A program made the position numbers and the translations under genes. From Amoebidium appalachense (lineage: Eukaryota; Protista; Ichthyosporea): a stretch of DNA of 64,000 nt. The DNA is taken from contig CAVNZM010000017.1 in NCBI GenBank assembly GCA_963693365.1, positions 6,314,708-6,378,707 on the forward strand. Reading direction: 5' to 3'. Positions 45,001 through 64,000 of the stretch are shown piece after piece; position 1 is the stretch's first letter, and every line of letters begins with the position of its first letter. The notes beneath the pieces were generated by a model. It did not search any database, had not been told where the DNA came from, and was given only the letters and a program-made list of their open reading frames with translations.

Positions 45001-45273
45001 CGGTTTCTGGTGTCTCCTGCTCGTATGTGTAATATGTGTGGGGGGCGGTTTACTCGCGGCTGCATATCTATCAATAAATGCAACCTGTTAGCTAATGTAT
45101 TAGAACCGGTGGTTATTGGCGGTTTTATTCTCTTTTCTTCCTCTCTTCCTCAATATATCCGTTTTAAGATGACTATCCTAGATCACCTTATTAATGCTGC
45201 ACAGTATGATATTGTGATCCGGTGCCTTAACTTTCTTTCGGAGCTACCGATGCTAGCATCTGCTTACCCATAA
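42065..45273 (+). CDS. LINE B ORF2: AP endonuclease plus reverse transcriptase (one frameshift near 42790)
   Basis: APE: WNARSL, AETW, GDFNS, SDHLPI. RT: GPDGIP, FRPITL, DFKNAYD, QGSLLSPLLFN, FADD, YKYLG. Cys-rich C-terminus. Confidence 0.92.
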
Positions 45274-45433
45274 TATGTAATAGGGGTGTCAGATACTACG
45301 ATGGCGCTCATTGTTGCCTAGCATGTACATATGTCACTGGCTGCATTTGATTGGCTGTGCTGGAAAACGCAGTAGGCCGTCGAATGTGGCTGGGCCTCCG
45401 GTAATGTCCACGCAATAAAAAGTGTGTAAACCC

Positions 45434-45584
45434 CATATTATGGGTAAGCAGAGGCTAGCATCGGTAGCTCCGAAAGAAAGTTAAGGCACCGGATCACAAT
45501 ATCATACTGTGCAGCATTAATAAGGTGATCTAGGATAGTCATCTTAAAACGGATATATTGAGGAAGAGAGGAAGAAAAGAGGAT
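45434..45584 (-). mobile_element. ORF2-end half of the same truncated LINE B copy
   Basis: Reverse complement of about 45127-45278; GAGGATCGATT at 45579-45589 repeats 5511-5521. Confidence 0.85.
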
Positions 45585-46884
45585 CGATTCTATGGAGATA
45601 GATGGGTCTACAGGCCACACAATAATAGGTTTCTGAGCGGGGGTCCTATCTTTAAACAGTTCCGAGAAGCACTTATTAGAGTCTTTACATTCACGTTTTC
45701 GACACAGAACAACAGTTTTTTCCAGCACGTAACCGTTTTTTTCATTGAGGTAACTATCAGCTAGAGTTATAAAGGGACGCGTAGCTGTACGAAGCCAACC
45801 GCGTACCAGGGTTAAAAATTATGCGTCCGATATGTCTTGATGGCCATACCCCCACGGTGTGGGTGGCAAGAAGCCAGAACGCCCTTTTGATCGAACCCAG
45901 CTTAGGTGTGGGTGGGTACAGAGCTTGTGCAGGTGCGTGTGATTGTGGGACAAAATTGATGGATTTGGCTAGATTGCACCTATTTTGATTGGCTATGGCA
46001 ACATGGATCGATTTGGTTAGGTCACGGCCCTCTGTGGTTAGGTCCTACCTGGCGGGGAAGGAACCTCTTCCCCGGGTTCCCACGACACCACTGTTGACAA
46101 CTTGGGGGTTTACACACTATTTATTGCTGTGGACACTTGATGCTTGACAAGCCGCTCACGTACATTCCTGGAACTTCTTCGGCTGGAAGCCGCAGCAGGG
46201 CTCAACGTGCTTTGGCCACGCTTACAGTGCACGCCCGTACGGGCGCGTAAAATACAGCATGCACATGATCGCTTGCTACAGCCCGCAGATAATTGTTTAG
46301 CAATTATATTCGGAGGAATGATGTATAAACCTGAAAACACATTTGTGCTTCTGTATTTCCGTTCTTCATTCAGTTTGTACTTCCGAAGTGTGCCGCTCAA
46401 CAATGTTGAATGTGTGCGCAACGTTTGCTGGCCCAGGCTGCCGCACAACTCTACTGACCAATCAAACGCAAGTGGCTCATGGAATGGCTGTAATTTACCA
46501 AATTAGGTTACACTCTTTTCCAATCACATGGAAAAAGCTTTACAGCATCCAATCAACGCAGACCACACCCACTTTTGTCGCACTTTTTCAGATTTTGGCG
46601 GAAACCGGCCACCTATATAAACAGGTGATGCCCCCCCCCCCTTCCGAATTCATTCTTCAAACTTTGCCAAGTTCTTGGGTTGGAGTGAAAGAATGCTTCT
46701 GAGGAACAGCTTGCTGTGTGCCGCTTCCACATTGGGTACGTTTTTTTTTTGTTCCAAGTCTTAGATTTTCTCTGTAGTGCCAACCCACAAACCCCCAACC
46801 CCACCCCAGCCCCACCTGAAAAAGAACACGCACACACACACAGACGCACAGACGCTACACAGGTGGAGACGCCCACATATCACA

Positions 46885-47174
<290 letters not shown>

Positions 47175-47544
47175 AAACCCTGCGCTGGTAGATGGATCGC
47201 CCACTAACGAACCCCTCCACACCAAACATGTGTCTACCTAATCAACCGTTCAGCCAAAAAACAAATCAGTGATCACAAGCGCTCCTAATTGCTGCACAAC
47301 ACACATCTTGCCCTCTCCAGCAGTGAAATTATAACCTGACTGCCTACATATGAACATGCATGAAGCTTTTTTTAAAAAAAAAATACTAGAGTCCATCCGG
47401 GCAACATTGTCCCACATTAGTGACGTTCATTCAGGTGGCGCGCTCAAAGGCTAACCCACCAAGTCTTCTGTTTCTCAATAAAACCGGGGCTTTGCCATGC
47501 AGTTGTTTATCACGTTACATAGTAACATTCTCCTTTTCCTGCAG

Positions 47545-48614
47545 TGGTAGCTCGCCCCCATTCGTGGGAGAACATCAGCGGAGGCCAAAATCAAAATGAC
47601 TATTCTGCACCCTCCCTCGAAATGGACAGCCATTTGGAAGACACGACGGTGGTCGATTCTTTCGGTATTCCCTCGTTCGAGTCATCCTCGGACTATTCAT
47701 CTGCACCGGAAGAAGTGGCCAACAGTCGAGGTGAAGGGGACGAGCTTGGGTCGGGAGTGACTGGGCAGTGGGGGGGATATGTTCCCTCGTACGAATCCGA
47801 TCAAACTGGGGTTGACATTTACGAGGGAGATCTGGTTGAACCATTCATTGCGCCCGAATTTAAGTTCGAGGCCGAACTTAGAGGGCAGGAGTGGGTGCCT
47901 GTCCCCGTTAATATCAAGTGGCAGAACCGTGCGTGGTGTGGCCCGGGCCAAAAATGCACAAACCAGGCGATTCCTACGGGCGCAAAACTCGTAAATGTCG
48001 ATTTGTTCGATGTGTCTGCGTCGAAAATTCGCGAACTTGCAAAGAAATACATTGTCACGTGCTACTACTCGGCGGGTACGTACGAGGCGTGGAGGCCTGA
48101 CGCTAAGAAGTTTTCCTCGTCTATCAAGGGGGTGAAAATGAGCGGCTGGGACGAAACCTGGTTGGATATCCGAAAATTGGATAAGATCAAACCGATTATG
48201 GCGGCGAGGATCGATCTCGCGAAACAGAAGGGGTGTCATGGAGTCGAACCGGACAATGTAGATTGCTGGCAGAATAAGTGCGTGAGTGATAAGAAGGGCG
48301 GGGATCAGACCATGTATAGGGCACAACTTGCGTACAATAAGTGGACGGCAAATTATGCACACAGCAAGGGGTTAAACATCGGGCACAAGAACAACCTCGA
48401 TCAAATCAAGGACCTCGTTAATGACTATGACTGGGCTATGAACGAGAGTTGTCATGCTTGGAACGAGTGCAATATGGTGGCACCGTTTATTCGACAGGGA
48501 AAAGCGGTTTTAGCGACTGAGTATAAGGGAACACGGTCGAAAATCTGCGCTAAAGCGCGGCAACTTAAGTTTTCGCAGAAGACTGATAACAAAGGGATGT
48601 GGAGTGACTGTTAA
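47545..48614 (+). CDS. Glycoside hydrolase family 114 (endo-alpha-1,4-polygalactosaminidase-like); 5' exon unresolved
   Basis: VDLFD, CYYSAGTYEAWRPDA, WLDIR, RIDLAKQKGCHGVEPDNVD, KNNLDQ, AMNESC; preceded by a TTTTCCTGCAG acceptor-like site. Confidence 0.88.
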
Positions 48615-49261
48615 GCTCCCCACCGCCAACCCTCATTTGAAAATTCACAATATTCGTCATTTTCCCTATTTTTTAATTTTCTTTTATCCTCCTCATGCGT
48701 AAGATAATTTAGTTTTAGCAACCTTAACCCAAAATAGCTCTCCAAATAATGGATGTTGGATTTTGCATGGTTTCAGTACGGGCACGTGCACATTGATTAT
48801 ACTTAGCAACCCACTTTACGCAATATAACGTGACAGTTTTGAATGGTTTGTTTTATATAGGACAGAGAAATGAGCCCGGGATTTTTTTTTCCTCCCTTGG
48901 CTCCCAAATGATTTAAACTCAGCATATTTTTTGCACTATGCAAGTCTGGTTGTTGTCGTGTATATTCACCAACAATTTTAACCCCCTTTTCAATTGCAGT
49001 AGCATGGTGTTCGTTATACATCGGCGCCCTTAAAGTTTATTAGTAAGATAAGGCCCCCATGAGAAACAACACTTAATGAATAGAAATGCATTATTTTGAT
49101 TTTGTTCTTTAATCCATTATTAGTATCCGTTATTCGGGCCAAAATTATTAAACTTAACTTGTGGTACGTGCAGAGCAACGAATGGGAGCACCGGATAAAT
49201 TGTGCAAGGTTTATTGCATACATAAACATACCTGGTGTGCTATGTAAATCTTTTTGAGTTC

Positions 49262-49300
<39 letters not shown>

Positions 49301-49507
49301 GGGCCCCACCTTCCCCTTTTCCTCACTCCGCCTTTGCAACACTCCCCCCTCCCCTCTTCCCCCCTCCCTCCCCACCACCCCCCCCCCCTCCTCCTCTCCC
49401 CCCCTCCCCCCCCCCCCCCCCCCCCCCCCTCCTACACCCATTGCAATACTTAGCAATTAATCTTTAGACCTAGTTTCCCCCTCGTTGTCCCCAACCACTG
49501 CTATCAC

Positions 49508-49556
<49 letters not shown>

Positions 49557-49920
49557 GCGCGCGTGCGCGTGGGCACATGTACACACACCGACACACACAT
49601 ACACAGAGGGGGGGGGGGGGGGGGGAGGGGGCAGGGAGAGAGAGGGGGAGGGGAGGGTGCGTGGGTGTGTTGAGGGGGGGGGGGGGGGGGGGGGGGTGTG
49701 GGGGGGGGGGGGGGGGGGGGGGTCGGAGGAGGGGGAGGAGAGAGAGACCTCTAGAGAGAGAGCGAGAGACAAACACACATCCGTACACACGCACACATAC
49801 ACACAAAAGCACACACAACCACTCCACACACAAGCGCGCGCACACACATCTTCTGTCAAAGATTTCTCGCATTGATCTCAAGATTCGTAATCGTCCGTGG
49901 ATACATGAAGCTCCCTTCCA

Positions 49921-49952
<32 letters not shown>

Positions 49953-49999
49953 ACCCCCTCCCCACCCCCTTCCCCGGTCGTCCCCCACCTCTTTCCCCC

Positions 50000-50055
<56 letters not shown>

Positions 50056-50648
50056 GCACCGATACACAAACACACCGGGACGATTGGTGTTTCATCCAGC
50101 ACATGACATCTGAAGATCACCAGGTAACCAAATTCGATCTTCTTTAAGAAGAATCTTCTTTAAGAAGAGTGTTTATTAGCTGACTTGCACCGCTCCTCAT
50201 TTTTTAGCGATTAGAAGGCACCCGCCTCCAACCCACCAATCAAATAACAACTGGCGAAATGTCTATCAAAGACACACGCACAACCCTACTGTGTATCGTT
50301 CAGTAAGTTACAATGAGCTATTTTTAGCTCCACTCCATGTGGCGTCATACAGGACTATCAAGCCGTGTTTCTTTAACGCGCTGTTACCCAACCAACGAGC
50401 TTTTTCACTCTAAAATCACGTATACACCCCTACCGGTGTTCAACCAACCATCACAATCACACGACAAACCAGACCAGAGCCTTCCAGATTTATACTAGAT
50501 AGAACCATCTAGGCCTTTCTATCTCTTCCTTCCAAACACATCTAAAAAAAATCCCTTTTCTACGAAGACAACCCCCCAGCAACCGCTTTCCATCAAAATC
50601 ACTATTCAAAACTATATACGATATATTAGATAACACGATCTTCCTAAT

Positions 50649-62085
<11,437 letters not shown>

Positions 62086-62427
62086 GGTGGCTGTGTGTTC
62101 TGGAAACTAGGTGTATGAAGACACTAAAGTGTGAAAGGACCACAGTAGGTCGTTATTTTTTTCCCCAAAAAGTCCGCGTTTTCCTCTCTTGAAAAAAGTC
62201 GTTCTGATCCCTCCTAAGCCTTTCAGTGCATTATTATTATTATTATTATTTTTCAAGGCTTTGTTTTGCGCTGTGCCGCAGTGTCTGACATCAGACATGA
62301 TGGCGGTTTTTCGCGCCAAAACCAAATAGGGCAACTCCGCATTGACGATATGATTTGTGATTGGCTGGTTCGGGGCGTTCGTGGAAGTCCAGTTCGTGCT
62401 CCCTCCGGCTCACTCTGAGTCACTCGG

Positions 62428-64000
<1,573 letters not shown>

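Larger units (their letters stand above)
5689..45433 (+). mobile_element. Full-length APE-RT non-LTR retrotransposon (LINE B), interrupted in ORF1
   Basis: CATAT is duplicated at 5684-5688 and 45434-45438; ORF1 and ORF2 can be rebuilt after removing the nested insertions. Confidence 0.8.

Noticed and set aside
5522-45433. A 40-kb giant TIR transposon or Penelope-like element defined by the inverted 5522-5688 / 45274-45433 pair
   Set aside because: Better explained as a LINE inserted into an inverted truncated copy: the CATAT duplication, the remaining half at 45434-45584, and an APE rather than GIY-YIG endonuclease.

Overview
Eukaryotic, microsatellite- and poly-G/C-rich genomic DNA. The centrepiece is an apparently complete 29.4-kb endogenous Polinton/Polinton-like virus (9023-38438; 460-bp TIRs, 5-bp TSD TCTAT). 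It encodes a protein-primed PolB, major and minor capsid proteins, a packaging ATPase and a retroviral-type integrase. It also carries unusual cargo: a VLTF3-like transcription factor, a phage-Dam-like adenine methyltransferase, a 7-TM membrane protein, three proteins sharing an N-terminal fibre-like module, and a putative SSB. I found no adenain-type protease. The virus is the innermost layer of a nest whose junctions all have readable TSDs. It sits in a non-autonomous LTR element (8394-41361), which sits in ORF1 of a full-length APE-RT LINE (5689-45433). That LINE inserted into an inverted truncated copy of its own family, which in turn inserted into an older LINE. Two TRIM insertions are also present. 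The right third holds two host genes: a GH114 hydrolase and a 13-exon PLP-dependent L-cysteine desulfhydrase-like gene. All protein calls come from motif recognition by eye; no database search was run.
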